Origin: Eledone cirrhosa
Lineage: Eukaryota
Reading direction: 5' to 3'
Assembly: GCA_964016885.1 (NCBI GenBank)
Contig: OZ024741.1
Span: forward strand, 337,900,001 to 337,964,000
DNA length: 64,000 nt
Below, one piece after another: positions 39,428 through 54,557 of the stretch. Made by a program: the position numbers and the translations under genes. A model generated the notes under the pieces. The model was given only the letters and a program-made list of their open reading frames with translations, made no database searches and was not told the origin of the DNA. Position 1 is the stretch's first letter, and every line of letters begins with the position of its first letter.

Positions 39428-40488
39428 AAGTCAAAAATCCCGCTCATACACCCTTCACCCACCATTTTCTTCACGAGGGGTTGCGGTCAGCCACTCTCTC
39501 TCTCTCTCTCTCCCCCTTCCCACTCTCTCTCTCTCTCTCTTAGCTACACACACACACACACACATATATATATAAGATAAATTCCCGTTCATGTTTATTC
39601 ACTTTCGCCAAACAATTGCTGCTTCAACTACCCCTACTACGGTGTAACCATGTAATCGTAACGTTCACGTTTTTCCTATCTCCTCCACACACCACAATTT
39701 CGTACAAACATCCAATCCCGCAAAATCCGAAATCTGTATTTTTTGTTATTTATTAAGGTTTAAATACGGTGTTTTTGTCGTATTGAACAGAACAAATCTT
39801 GCAGTTTTGCTTTTTGTTACTCGCTGGTAAACATTCATAACCTTCCAGCTAGCTAATTCTATCGTATTCTCCAATTCCTTAAATTCCTTAATTCCATCGT
39901 ATTCCCAAACAAAAAAAAACAAAATCCTTCCCATTCTTAATTCTATCGTATCCTCCAATTCCCTAATTCTATCGTATTCTCAAAAAAAAAACATAAAACA
40001 ACAAAATCCTTTCCATTCTACTTCTTATAATTTACTTTAAATATATATATCATGCTACCTCGAAAGTCAAAAATCCCGCTCATACACCCTTCACCCACCA
40101 TTTTCTTCACGAGGGGTTGCGGTCAGCCACTCTCTCTCTCTCTCTCTCCCCCTTCCCACTCTCTCTCTCTCTCTCTTAGCTACACACACACACACACATA
40201 TATATATAAGATAAATTCCCGTTCATGTTTATTCACTTTCGCCAAACAATTGCTGCTTCAACTACCCCTACTACGGTGTAACCATGTAATCGTAACGTTC
40301 ACGTTTTTCCTATCTCCTCCACACACCACAATTTCGTACAAACATCCAATCCCGCAAAATCCGAAATCTGTATTTTTTGTTATTTATTAAGGTTTAAATA
40401 CGGTGTTTTTGTCGTATTGAACAGAACAAATCTTGCAGTTTTGCTTTTTGTTACTCGCTGGTAAACATTCATAACCTTCCAGCTAGCT
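39428..40488 (+). repeat. 636-bp tandem 5' UTR monomers of the RTE (about 1.7 copies)
   Basis: aagtcaaaaatcccgctcatacacc at 39428 and 40064; near-identity continues to ccagctagcta. Confidence 0.9.
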
Positions 40489-43400
40489 ACCCCACATCCC
40501 TCCCACCCGCCCCCACACACCACCATTCTTAATACGTGGACCAATCATAAGCCAGAGACCCCCCCCCACACGCATCACCATTATTACTATAAGCCAGAGA
40601 CCCCCCCCCCCACACGCATCACCATTATTATTATTACGCGGACCAATCATAAGCCAGAGGCCTATACTATCGCTTGCACGGTTGCCTTCGATATATGATG
40701 GATGGATGGATGGACGGACTGCGGAATCCTGGAGAGTGGAGGGGAGAGAAAAATCTGGACGCTCAGAGCGAAAATGCCAATGCTAAAGTCAAATTCACCT
40801 CGTGGACGAGAATGCGAGCACTCTTCTTTGTTTCGCCCGCGGATGGCTAACATAACCCCATCTCCCCCCGCCCCACACCACCCCCACCCTCCAAACGCGA
40901 TCCAAAACTTCAGAGTTGGTACCATAAATGTAGGCACCCTAAAGGGGCGCGCTAACGAGGTTGTAGAAATGCTTGAACGTAAGGAGGTCGATGTTTGTTG
41001 TATTCAAGAGACCAGGTGGAGGGGTGGGTCTGCTAGATTCATTGAGGGTAAAAAACGATGTTATAAGCTTTTCTGGGTGGGAAACGACGATGGGCTGGGT
41101 GGAGTAGGAATCATGGTAGCAGAAAAGTGGGCGGATAAGATAATAGACGTAAATAGAGTGAACGACAGAATAATTAAAATACGACTTGTCCTCAATAGAA
41201 CTACGGTGACAGTAATATCTGCGTATGCACCCCAATCCGGACTGCCCGGCACTATAAAAGACAGATTCTATGAGACACTGATGCTCACTACCTCCCAAAT
41301 ATCTGACAGTGACTATATAATTATTGCAGGCGACCTAAATGGTCACGTTGGGCAACATTGTGACGGCTACGACGAAATCCATGGAGGCTATGGGTTTGGT
41401 ACTAGAAATGAGGAAGGCTCCAGAATCCTGGAATTCTGTGATGCAAATAACCTAACTATCTGTAACACTAACTTCAAAAAACGTGACAATCACCTGATCA
41501 CCTATAGATCCGGGGAACACACAAGCCAGGTAGATTATATCCTTACCAGAAGACGTGACAGAGTGTCTGTTGTAAACACTAAATCCCTCCCCCATGAAGA
41601 ATGCACCTCCCAACATAGACTGATAATTAGCGACCTCATAGTCAGGTCGAGACGTACTCGACAGCAGAAGAGGACTATCCTCAGGAGAAAAATATGGAAG
41701 CTAAAGGACCCCACAGCCAAAAATAAATTTCAAAACATATTACTTGATGCTTTCGACAGTAAGGAAGAACACTTAGAGTCGGACAATATAGAGGGACAGT
41801 GGGAATTTCTGAAAGCAAACCTGCTGTTGGCCACAGACGAAGTCTGTGGCTGGAGCAGGCCTGTAGGCAGGAGGAGAGTAACATGGTGGTGGAACAGTAA
41901 GGTGGAGGAGTCAATTAAGGCCAAAAAGCAGGCTTGGAAAGTATGGCGGGATGGGGGAAGTAGAGTAGACTATCAAGTGGCCAGGAGGGAAGCTAGGAGA
42001 GAAGTGTACTTAGCAAGAAGGGAAGCTGAGGAAAGAAAGTTCAAGCATGTCCTACAACGCGATGACCAAAAACGTGAGGTGTTCAGGATTGCTAGGCAAT
42101 GCGTCAAGGAAAACCGTGATATTGTCGGGGAGAAGTGTGTACTTAACGATGATGGCATACTTGCCATCACCGACACTGATAAGAAGGCAGCTTGGAAGTG
42201 TCACTATGAAAGGCTACTAAATGAGGAGAATAAATGGGAGAAAGACAGTCTCCCCCATGTCGACCCAATAGAGGGACCAGCAGTGTTAGTCGAGGGGAGT
42301 ATAATAAGTAAGGCAATCAAGGATATGAAGACAGGTAAGGCGGCTGGGCCTTCGGAAATAGTTGCTGAGATGCTGAAGGCATCTGGCACGGTGGGACACA
42401 CCATGGTCACCCGCATAGTTAACCAAGTCGTACAGAATGGGGTTGTTCCGAAGGACTGGCATAGCAGCATCATCGTTAACTGTTATAAGGGTAAAGGAGA
42501 CGCCCTAGATAGGAGTAACTATAGAGGCATTAAATTAATCGACCAGGTCATGAAGGTCACAGAAAAAGTAATAGCGCAACTAATCAGAGAGAGAATTGAC
42601 CTAGATGAAATGCAGTTCGGGTTTGTGTCAGGCAAAAGTACCACAGACGCTCTTTTCATAGTACGACAACTACAGGAGAAGTACCTAGCTAAAGGTAAAC
42701 CCCTCTACTTAGCTTTTGTCGACTTGGAGAAAGCCTTCGACAGAGTCCCCCGCTCCATTATCTGGTGGGCTCTTAGAAAACTAGGCGTTGACGAATGGCT
42801 TGTGAGGGCTATACAAGCCATGTATAAAGAAACAGTCAGCAAGGTTAGAATTAACAACGAATATAGTGAAGAGTTTAGCGTAAAAGTTGGCGTCCATCAG
42901 GGCTCTGTTCTCAGCCCCCTGCTATTTATTATTGCCCTTCAGGCTATAACAGAGGAGTTCAAGACAGGCTGCCCATGGGAACTCCTATACGCAGACGACC
43001 TGACACTCATAGCGGAATCAATGGCCGAGCTAGAGAAGAAATTCCAAACATGGAAGCACGGCCTAGAGTCAAAAGGACTTAAAATTAACCTGGCTAAGAC
43101 CAAAGTTCTAGTTTGTAGGAAAGAAAACAAGGCGGCGGTCCCTTCTGGGAAATGGTCGTGCTCGGTGTGTAGGAAAGGCGTAGGTAGAAACTCCATTTTG
43201 TGTCCTAAATGCAAAGTATGGGTGCATAAAAGATGTAGTGGGATCACAGGTAAGCTAACTAAGAACATAGATTTTACATGTGGCCGGTGTTCTGGTGCAA
43301 TAAGTAGCAGCAAGTGCCCACACAATACTAGCTCTTTCAATTGCGCAGAGGGTTCTATAGAAATAGTGGACAGCTTCCGTTACCTGGGCGATAAAATCAG

Positions 43401-44314
43401 CAGTGGGGGAGGGTGCTCTGAAAGTACTGTAGCTAGAGTCAGAACTGGTTGGAAAAAGTTCAGAGAGCTTATACCACTATTAGCTGCTAAAGGGTTCTCC
43501 CTAAAAATGAAAGGCAGGTTGTACGATGCCTGCATACGAACAGCAATGTTGCATGGCAGTGAGACCTGGGCATTGTGTGCAGAGGATATACGCAGACTAG
43601 AGAGGAACGAAGCTTGCATGCTCCGCTGGATGTGTAACAGTAATATACGTGAACGGCAAAGCATAAACGAACTAAGGAAAAAATTAGAGATAAGAGGGAT
43701 CAGATGTTGTTTACTCGAGAGAAGGCTACGTTGGTATGGACACGTGATGCGCATGAAAGTCGATAGCTGTATAACAAAGTGCAGGGCAATAAAGATAGAC
43801 GGTAGCCACGGAATAGGCAGACCTAGAAAAACCTGGGACGAGCTGATAAACTCCGACCTCACACACTTACACCTCTCCAAGACAATGTCACTGGACCGAG
43901 ACCTTTGGCGGTACTCAGTAACAGAGAAGACCCGCCTTGCCAGTAGGCATCTCTAACAAAATACACCCCGTCCCACCACCACCACCCCCACCCCATCCAC
44001 ACCACCCCGTCCTATGTAAAGTTATGTTGGTGCCGCGCCATCCGGGCCGAAACAAATGAGATCGTGTAGGTGTCACGACAAAAAAACACACAGTCCACGC
44101 TGTAATGTGGCCGTGTAGGCAACACGGTAAAAACCTCCCAGACCCACACTGTAAATGTGGTTGGTGTTAGGAAGGGCATCCAACTGTAGAAAACCTGCCA
44201 GACAGTCCTATGCGAGCAAGACAATCACTCTTGCCTCAAGTGGGACTACCCCCGTCCAAACCCATGCAAGCGTGGAACACGGACGTTAAACGTTGATGAT
44301 GATGATGATGATGA
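39429..44314 (+). mobile_element. Apparently full-length RTE-clade LINE
   Basis: Absent from the matching left-arm site (~32980); tandem 5' UTR units; single ORF; (GAT)n tail at 44295-44314. Confidence 0.93.
40702..43956 (+). CDS. RTE ORF: APE endonuclease, RT and PHD-like zinc finger
   Basis: GTINVGTL, IQETRW, SAYAPQ, GDLNGHVG, QVDYIL, SQHRL; NYRGIKL, QFGF, DLEKAFDRV, HQGSVLSP, YADD; CSVC..CPKC..HKRC..CGRC; RLRWYGHV, GRPRKTW. Confidence 0.95.
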   Translation: MDGWTDCGILESGGERKIWTLRAKMPMLKSNSPRGRECEHSSLFRPRMANITPSPPAPHHPHPPNAIQNFRVGTINVGTLKGRANEVVEMLERKEVDVCCIQETRWRGGSARFIEGKKRCYKLFWVGNDDGLGGVGIMVAEKWADKIIDVNRVNDRIIKIRLVLNRTTVTVISAYAPQSGLPGTIKDRFYETLMLTTSQISDSDYIIIAGDLNGHVGQHCDGYDEIHGGYGFGTRNEEGSRILEFCDANNLTICNTNFKKRDNHLITYRSGEHTSQVDYILTRRRDRVSVVNTKSLPHEECTSQHRLIISDLIVRSRRTRQQKRTILRRKIWKLKDPTAKNKFQNILLDAFDSKEEHLESDNIEGQWEFLKANLLLATDEVCGWSRPVGRRRVTWWWNSKVEESIKAKKQAWKVWRDGGSRVDYQVARREARREVYLARREAEERKFKHVLQRDDQKREVFRIARQCVKENRDIVGEKCVLNDDGILAITDTDKKAAWKCHYERLLNEENKWEKDSLPHVDPIEGPAVLVEGSIISKAIKDMKTGKAAGPSEIVAEMLKASGTVGHTMVTRIVNQVVQNGVVPKDWHSSIIVNCYKGKGDALDRSNYRGIKLIDQVMKVTEKVIAQLIRERIDLDEMQFGFVSGKSTTDALFIVRQLQEKYLAKGKPLYLAFVDLEKAFDRVPRSIIWWALRKLGVDEWLVRAIQAMYKETVSKVRINNEYSEEFSVKVGVHQGSVLSPLLFIIALQAITEEFKTGCPWELLYADDLTLIAESMAELEKKFQTWKHGLESKGLKINLAKTKVLVCRKENKAAVPSGKWSCSVCRKGVGRNSILCPKCKVWVHKRCSGITGKLTKNIDFTCGRCSGAISSSKCPHNTSSFNCAEGSIEIVDSFRYLGDKISSGGGCSESTVARVRTGWKKFRELIPLLAAKGFSLKMKGRLYDACIRTAMLHGSETWALCAEDIRRLERNEACMLRWMCNSNIRERQSINELRKKLEIRGIRCCLLERRLRWYGHVMRMKVDSCITKCRAIKIDGSHGIGRPRKTWDELINSDLTHLHLSKTMSLDRDLWRYSVTEKTRLASRHL

Positions 44315-44642
44315 TATGTATATATATATATATGTGAAAATATGTATATGTGTGTGTATATATATATATATATATATTGTATATTTGTAGTTGATGTGTG
44401 TATATGTATGTATATATATGTGTGTGTGTATGTATGTGTGTATATATATGTATGTGTGTGTGTGTATGTGTGTGTGTGTATATATATATATACATATATG
44501 TATATGTATGTGTGTGCATATTTGTCTGACTGTGTGTATTAATTTTTTTTTTTTTTTTTATATATATGTATGTGTATGTGTATGTATGTATGTATGTATG
44601 TATGTGTGTGCATGTCTATATATGTGTGTGTGTATGTGTATG

Positions 44643-44708
<66 letters not shown>

Positions 44709-44808
44709 TATATATATGTATGTGTGTCTTTGTGTGTGTGTATATATATGTATGTATGTGTGTATGTATGTGTTTGTATGTGTGTTTATGGTTGTACGTG
44801 TGTGTGGG

Positions 44809-44843
<35 letters not shown>

Positions 44844-45302
44844 GTGTATATGTATCTCTATTTATATGTGTATATATGTATATGTATATACCTTTTTCTT
44901 TGTATGTCTGAGTTGTGTGAGCGTGTAGTGGTGTTTGTATGTATATACGCATATATGGATGTGTATGTATTTGTATATATGCGTATATGTAAGTGCGTAT
45001 GTGTGTGTGAGTATATATCTATGTCTATGTATGAGTATGTATGTGTGTGTATGTATGTGTGTGTGTATGTATGTATGTGTGTATGTGTGTATGTATATGT
45101 GTGTATATATATGTATGTATATGTATGTATGTATGTATATATGTATGTATATGTATATATATGTATATATATATATATATATATATTTATTATATGTGTG
45201 TGTGTGTGTATATATATCTTTATATATGTGTATGTGTATGTATGTGTAGGTGTGTGTGTGTGAGTATATATGTATGTGTGTATATGTGTATGTATGTGTA
45301 TG

Positions 45303-45357
<55 letters not shown>

Positions 45358-45492
45358 ATGTGTGTATGTGTGTATATATATATATATTTATGTATATATA
45401 TATATTTATATGTGGGTATGCATGTGTATGTGTGTATATATATGAGTGTATTTATATATATATATGTATGTAGGTGTGACTGTATATATATG

Positions 45493-45569
<77 letters not shown>

Positions 45570-45629
45570 ATGTATATGTGTGTATATGTATGAGTGTGTA
45601 TATATATACGAGTGTTGTGAGTGTATATA

Positions 45630-45698
<69 letters not shown>

Positions 45699-46066
45699 TT
45701 ATGTGTGTATGTGTCTATGTATTTATATGTGTATATGTATGTGTCTCTATATGTATGCGTCTATGTATGTGTATGTGTATTTATATGGTATGTGTATGTA
45801 TATGTATGTGTATGTATGTGTTTATATATATGTGTATGTATATGTATGTATATGTATGTGTGTGTATGCGTGTGTATTTATTTATATGTCTATATGTATG
45901 TATATCGATGTATACTTTATATTTTACTTGTTTGTATATATATATGTGTGTGTATGTATATGTGTATGTATATATATGTGTGTGTATATATGTGTGTATA
46001 TATGTGTATATGTATGTGTATATATATATGTATGTGTGTATATATGTGTATATATATATGTATATG

Positions 46067-46142
<76 letters not shown>

Positions 46143-46745
46143 CTTGATATATTTCTTTTTTCTTTTTTCTTTTTCTTTCCTTTTTATTTCTAAGTTTATA
46201 GATACATCTATAAATAGGCAGTCTGCCGAAACCGTTGAATACTGACCTCTCCCCCCCTCCCACCTAATTTCTGTATCCTGATCTAAATGTGTGTGGCAGT
46301 GTTTATGTGCGTGCATTAATGTCCATATGCTTATGATAATACTATATGCACATATATATGTGTGTGGGGGTGTGTGTGTGTATGTATGTTCGTAGTTATG
46401 TGTATGTTTATGCATATACGCGCGTGTGTGTGTGAGTGTACGAATATGTGTGAGTATATGAATGTGTCTATACATTTATTTCATATTTATGTGTCTATAC
46501 GCATTTTATCTGTGGATTATATACTTACAGAGACATTAGCCTTGAATTTTTGTATTTGCATACATCTTTTTGGCATGCGTATGCATGTGAACATGTATCT
46601 TTATGTAAATATGTGTACGAAGTTAATTACATGTATATACACACACCAAACTGCATAAAATTTTTTGTATTTTCATTGGTCAATTTGAACTCTGTTCCCA
46701 AACGGACCTGAAATTTTGAATTGTTGTTATTATCAATAAATATAT

Positions 46746-46900
46746 TTCATTATTTCTGAAGACGGCATATATATGTGTTTGGTATGTATATTTAATTTTG
46801 ATAGTTTGTATAATTTTGTATAATTTTGTACATAGATCTGTTGAATATGCATGCCAATTCTAACACATATATATCCTAGAAACGATCGTTAAATAATGAA
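46746..46900 (+). ncRNA. Type I hammerhead with long stem II and palindromic stem III
   Basis: ttcattatt(t) CTGAAGA; atatatatgtgtt/aacacatatatat; GAAAC GATC GTTA; aataatgaa. Confidence 0.85.
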
Positions 46901-47094
46901 CTTTTTTTGTTTAATATAAGGAACTGTTTCATTGTTTTATTCATTATTTTTTTAATATTTTATCTTGACTCTGTATTCCGTTTATCTTTCACCGAAAGTG
47001 ATTTTTCATTGCATCTCTTCTTTCCATGATATCCGGATTACATTGAGTTCTTCATACGGATTGGACACTACCGTAAACTCTTGGTAGATTTATC

Positions 47095-47151
<57 letters not shown>

Positions 47152-47165
47152 ATATATATATATAC

Positions 47166-47217
<52 letters not shown>

Positions 47218-47231
47218 ATATATATATATAC

Positions 47232-47266
<35 letters not shown>

Positions 47267-47283
47267 CCTATATATATATATAC

Positions 47284-47321
<38 letters not shown>

Positions 47322-47350
47322 ATAAATATATATACACATATATATACATT

Positions 47351-47436
<86 letters not shown>

Positions 47437-47449
47437 CATATCTATATAC

Positions 47450-47484
<35 letters not shown>

Positions 47485-47551
47485 CATATATACATATATA
47501 TATATATATACATATATATACATATATACATATCTCTCTATATATATATAC

Positions 47552-47584
<33 letters not shown>

Positions 47585-47600
47585 CATATCTATATACATA

Positions 47601-47640
<40 letters not shown>

Positions 47641-47651
47641 CATATATATAC

Positions 47652-48560
<909 letters not shown>

Positions 48561-48562
48561 AC

Positions 48563-48595
<33 letters not shown>

Positions 48596-48634
48596 CATAT
48601 ATATACATATATATATATATACATATCTATATAC

Positions 48635-48665
<31 letters not shown>

Positions 48666-48804
48666 CATATATATATACATATCTATATACATATATATAC
48701 ATATATATATATATACATATATACATATATATATATATACATATCTATATACATATATATACATATATATATATACATATATATATATATACATATCTAT
48801 ATAC

Positions 48805-48921
<117 letters not shown>

Positions 48922-48963
48922 CATATCTATATACATATATATATATATACATATCTATATACA

Positions 48964-49013
<50 letters not shown>

Positions 49014-49038
49014 CATATATATATACATATCTATATAC

Positions 49039-49087
<49 letters not shown>

Positions 49088-49221
49088 TATATACATATAT
49101 ATATATACATATCTATATACATATATATATATATACATATATATATACATATATATATATACATATCTATATACATATATATACATACATATCTATATAC
49201 ATATATATACATATATATACA

Positions 49222-49253
<32 letters not shown>

Positions 49254-49284
49254 CATATATATATATATACATATATATATATAC

Positions 49285-49331
<47 letters not shown>

Positions 49332-49443
49332 TACATATATATATATATACATATATACATATATATATATATATTTATATATATATATATATATATACAT
49401 ATATACATATATATATATATACATATATACATATATATATATA

Positions 49444-49705
<262 letters not shown>

Positions 49706-49720
49706 CATATATATGTATAT

Positions 49721-49765
<45 letters not shown>

Positions 49766-49774
49766 TATGTATAT

Positions 49775-49843
<69 letters not shown>

Positions 49844-49878
49844 CATATGTATATATATACATATATAAATATATATAC

Positions 49879-49915
<37 letters not shown>

Positions 49916-50015
49916 TGTGAAGTAATTCCGTCGGAAAAGTCCAGGAAAAAAGAGTGCTCTATGTAAGCAACAGAGCTTAATTATTATTATGTAATAAACA
50001 ACATAAGGCAATTAT

Positions 50016-50073
50016 TCCATTTACCAGTGGTTTCTTAAAAGCAAAAGGTTTTGCTTTCAATCCTCAGAATGAA
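50016..50073 (-). ncRNA. Type I hammerhead
   Basis: Reverse complement of 51135-51192 with one loop change. Confidence 0.85.
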
Positions 50074-50216
50074 AAAATCCTGGTTTGTTTATTGAATTTG
50101 GATCTTAAAATAACAAAAAAAGCAAGCTATATGAAAGTAAGGCTGGAGAAGGAAGAAGGAAAGGAAAAATAAAATAAGACTACACATACAACCACACATA
50201 CACGAAAAAACATAAA

Positions 50217-50263
<47 letters not shown>

Positions 50264-50383
50264 ACACACGCATACACACACACGTTATTCCGGGTTGAAT
50301 TGGAGGCAGCCACAGTAAGCAAGGCACTCAGTACACCGCAGAGCATGAAAGTTTTAATATAGATGAGGATCTGTATATGTATA

Positions 50384-50452
<69 letters not shown>

Positions 50453-50787
50453 GCGCGCGCATGTGTATGCGCGCACGCACGCACGCGTATACAAATATAA
50501 ATATATTTCCCCCATACACATGTGTGTGCGTGCAAGTGTCTCGTGAATTAGATTATACTTAGAAAATGTCTACAGAATTCCCTAAACCTTCGTCAATTTA
50601 CTAGAACCTTTAAGAATTTAGCTTTTAAGGAATCTCCCCTTCCTCCAAATCTATCTACCATGACTGACCCCATACTGATCTTACAGACACCTGTAAGCTA
50701 AAGAGAAACCTAATGATAAGGATTGGCTCCAATCTGAATACAGAAATCTGTCTGCCTTTGTTCCTCTAACAAACATATACAAACATT

Positions 50788-50827
<40 letters not shown>

Positions 50828-50902
50828 TATCTACACACACACACGCATACATATATATATATATACACACACACATACACACACACACACATGCATATAT
50901 AC

Positions 50903-50933
<31 letters not shown>

Positions 50934-51015
50934 TATATACACGCATATATATACATACATATATATATATATGCGCGTGCGTACACGCATACACATACGT
51001 ACACATAGCCATACC

Positions 51016-51095
<80 letters not shown>

Positions 51096-51134
51096 TTTTT
51101 AAGATCCAAATTCAATAAACAAACCAGGATTTTT

Positions 51135-51192
51135 TTCATTCTGAGGATTGAAAGCAAAACCTTCTGCTTTTAAGAAACCACTGGTAAATGGA
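51135..51192 (+). ncRNA. Type I hammerhead
   Basis: ttcatt CTGAGGA ttgaaagca-aaaccttc-tgcttttaa GAAAC cactg GTA aatgga. Confidence 0.88.
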
Positions 51193-51222
51193 ATAATTGC
51201 CTTATGTTGTTTATTACATAAT

Positions 51223-51320
<98 letters not shown>

Positions 51321-51369
51321 CATATATATGTATATACACATATATATGTATATACACATATATATATAT

Positions 51370-51476
<107 letters not shown>

Positions 51477-51526
51477 CATATATATATACACATATATATA
51501 TACATATATATATATATACACATATA

Positions 51527-51658
<132 letters not shown>

Positions 51659-51704
51659 AAAGAATAGAGGTGTAACACACAAGTTATTATATATTGGTAA
51701 ACAG

Positions 51705-51945
51705 AATCTTTCCCCTCTACAAATTTAAAGATAATGCCACCCACACCCAGCGCATCAGCAAGGAATCTTACTTCATTAACAAATACGGACCCCGTCTAAA
51801 CACTTCTCCCTAAGACGAACCCACAACATACACACGTCAACATACATACCTACATCAGCACACATCTCTACCCACATATAAACACAATGACATACGTAAA
51901 CACACATGCTCTATGGTGCAACACAAAAAAATATATGTGCATATA

Positions 51946-52033
<88 letters not shown>

Positions 52034-52192
52034 GTGAATATGTGTATGTGTATATATATATAGTGAATATCATTTCACACCTTTTTTTGTTAAGACTTTT
52101 GATGTTCTATTAAGAGAACCGATTTTACTGAAAAAATCGAATTATGTACACCATTTTACCAGGGGGAAAAAAATACTGGTCCACCCCCCCAC

Positions 52193-52235
<43 letters not shown>

Positions 52236-52414
52236 CACACACACATACACACGCGTACATCAACATACAAAGAGACTTATATACACACACACACACACAC
52301 GCACTTCTCCGTATAAGACAAAAGCTGAAAAATATCTTTTGACATGCTAAAATACCCCCCATTGCTTTCAGACACATTCTTACTGACCATCCCTGCCACC
52401 ACAAATTACTCTGC

Positions 52415-52465
<51 letters not shown>

Positions 52466-52940
52466 GCGCACACATATTTGTTGTGAAAGAGTCATTTCTC
52501 AATCTTGGCGCAAAACCAATTTTTTATTCACATGACCTCTACCGACCAATCAAAATTGTTTTGACCACAAGAATTTTTGTTGGAGCCACTTTTTTAACAT
52601 AAAAACAGTCTTGGCGCAAAATCAATTTTTTACATTCACATGACCTCTACCGACCAATCAAAATTGTTTTGACCACAAGAATTTTTGCAAATTGGAGCCA
52701 CTTTTTTAACATTAAAACAGGTAGAATTCCCAAAACTAATCAGATCAGAGCAAACAGCACGGACACTCTATCTCAAAATTATTTTTGAAAAGCATTTAGA
52801 AATGCGCAACCGGTAAAAACTTAAAAACTTAAAACCACAACTGAATACTAACCCATACAATCACTAATACTCTTTTATTCCTAATTAAACCATTTTTCAA
52901 CTGTGAACAATTTGTCAGCATTTTCTATTCCGTTTACCAA
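51705..52940 (+). mobile_element. 3' end of a Neptune-type PLE (last ~35 codons plus 3' UTR)
   Basis: Hand translation [36 protein letters not shown] resembles the C-terminus of 60214-60729; ~107-bp tandem repeat at 52503-52720; hammerhead relic. Confidence 0.7.
52782..52819 (+). ncRNA. Hammerhead UUGAAAA variant with GAAA>GCAA change (likely inactive)
   Basis: ttt TTGAAAA gcatt-taga-aatgc GCAAC CG GTA aaa; homologous to 59000-59037. Confidence 0.6.
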
Positions 52941-52953
52941 TATATATATATAC

Positions 52954-53172
<219 letters not shown>

Positions 53173-53204
53173 CATATATACATATATATATACATATATA
53201 TACA

Positions 53205-53268
<64 letters not shown>

Positions 53269-53279
53269 CATATATATAC

Positions 53280-53310
<31 letters not shown>

Positions 53311-53443
53311 CATATATGTAGGAGGTGAGTTTTATTGTAGTACAATAAAGCAATGCAGATATCGGATAAGAAGCACTCTACAGTTTGTAGGACTGGAGTA
53401 TGCATAATATAAGATCAAAAGATGGTTAAAGGAGTTCCATGTA

Positions 53444-53510
53444 TTTTATTATGCGCATTTCAAAAACAAACATCATCATGCAATAATATTTGTGTTTTCA
53501 TCAGATAAAA
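53444..53510 (-). ncRNA. Type I hammerhead with palindromic stem III
   Basis: Minus strand: ttttat CTGATGA aaacacaaatattatt..gatgatgtttgttttt GAAA TGCGCA TA ataaaa. Confidence 0.85.
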
Positions 53511-54557
53511 CAGGAGAACATGATATGAAGGCTAAAAAACACTTGTGGATAGTGCAGTTTTAAATCTACATATGAAAAGTGGTTTTAGATTGATGTGTGA
53601 TATTGGGAAAAATATTTTATTTAGAGAGGGTGGTGGAAAGGATGAAAAAGGGGGAGGAGATGAGAGGGAGAGATGGGTGATAGAGAGAAAGAGATAGCTT
53701 TTATAACTGAGAGGAGATATACTGTCCCACACAGAGAGGTTGAAAACCGTTGGAAGATAATGTATAAACCCCAAAAAATTTTTGAAAATCAACGAAAGGA
53801 GGATATGTGCGAGGAAAAAGTATTTTATTTAAGGAGGGGGGCTGGAAAGGATGAAAAAAAGGGGGAGGAGATGAGAGTGAAGGTGGAGAGGGAGAGATGG
53901 GCGATAGAGAGAAAGAGATAGTTTTTATAACTGAGAGAAAGATACATTGCCTTACACAGAGAGGTTGAGAAACCGTTGGAAGATAATGTATAAATTAAAG
54001 GAATTTGAAAATTAACGAAGGGAATTTATGTATGAAGATAGAGAGAAGAAATAATAATTGTGGATGAATATTCTAACGTCAAAAAAAGGGTATGTTGTGG
54101 CAATTTCAAAATTAACGAAGAGAAAAATTATTAAGGTTTGTGTGTAGAAGGATTTGAGAAAAATAATGTGAAGTTAAAGTTTGTATATTGGAGGAATTGA
54201 TAATATATGCGAATAGAGTTAATATGTATTAAGAATGAGTTCGTTGATGGGGAGAAAAAAAAAAAAAAATTAAATAAATTAAGGATGAAATTGAGATTAA
54301 AAAGATTTATGAGAGAGAGAAAAAAATAATGATTGCGGATAAATATTCTAACGTCAAAAAAAAAAAAAAAAAAAAAAAACAGATGTATATGTTATGAATG
54401 ATTTTACAAGGTGAAGATAGAGTGAGGGTAATGAGTAAACAAGTATTATAGAGTGTATAAAGCCCTTTAAAGTATGGTAGGAAGATGGGTATATTTTAAA
54501 GAGGTGTATGTATATGTGCCTTTGAGAAAAGATTCTAAATTGATAAAGAATTGAATA

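Larger units (their letters stand above)
36448..47098 (+). mobile_element. Naiad-type PLE, right arm of the palindrome, interrupted by an RTE LINE
   Basis: Starts at the YRDD codons (tatcgtgatgac); matches the left arm to 46963 and extends ~135 bp further into (TA)n. Confidence 0.9.
49915..51225. mobile_element. Head-to-head PLE 3'-end element with inverted arms (49985-50120 and 51090-51225)
   Basis: Arms are reverse complements and each holds a hammerhead; possible decayed endonuclease C-terminus (..FCRH) on minus near 50540-50700. Confidence 0.8.
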
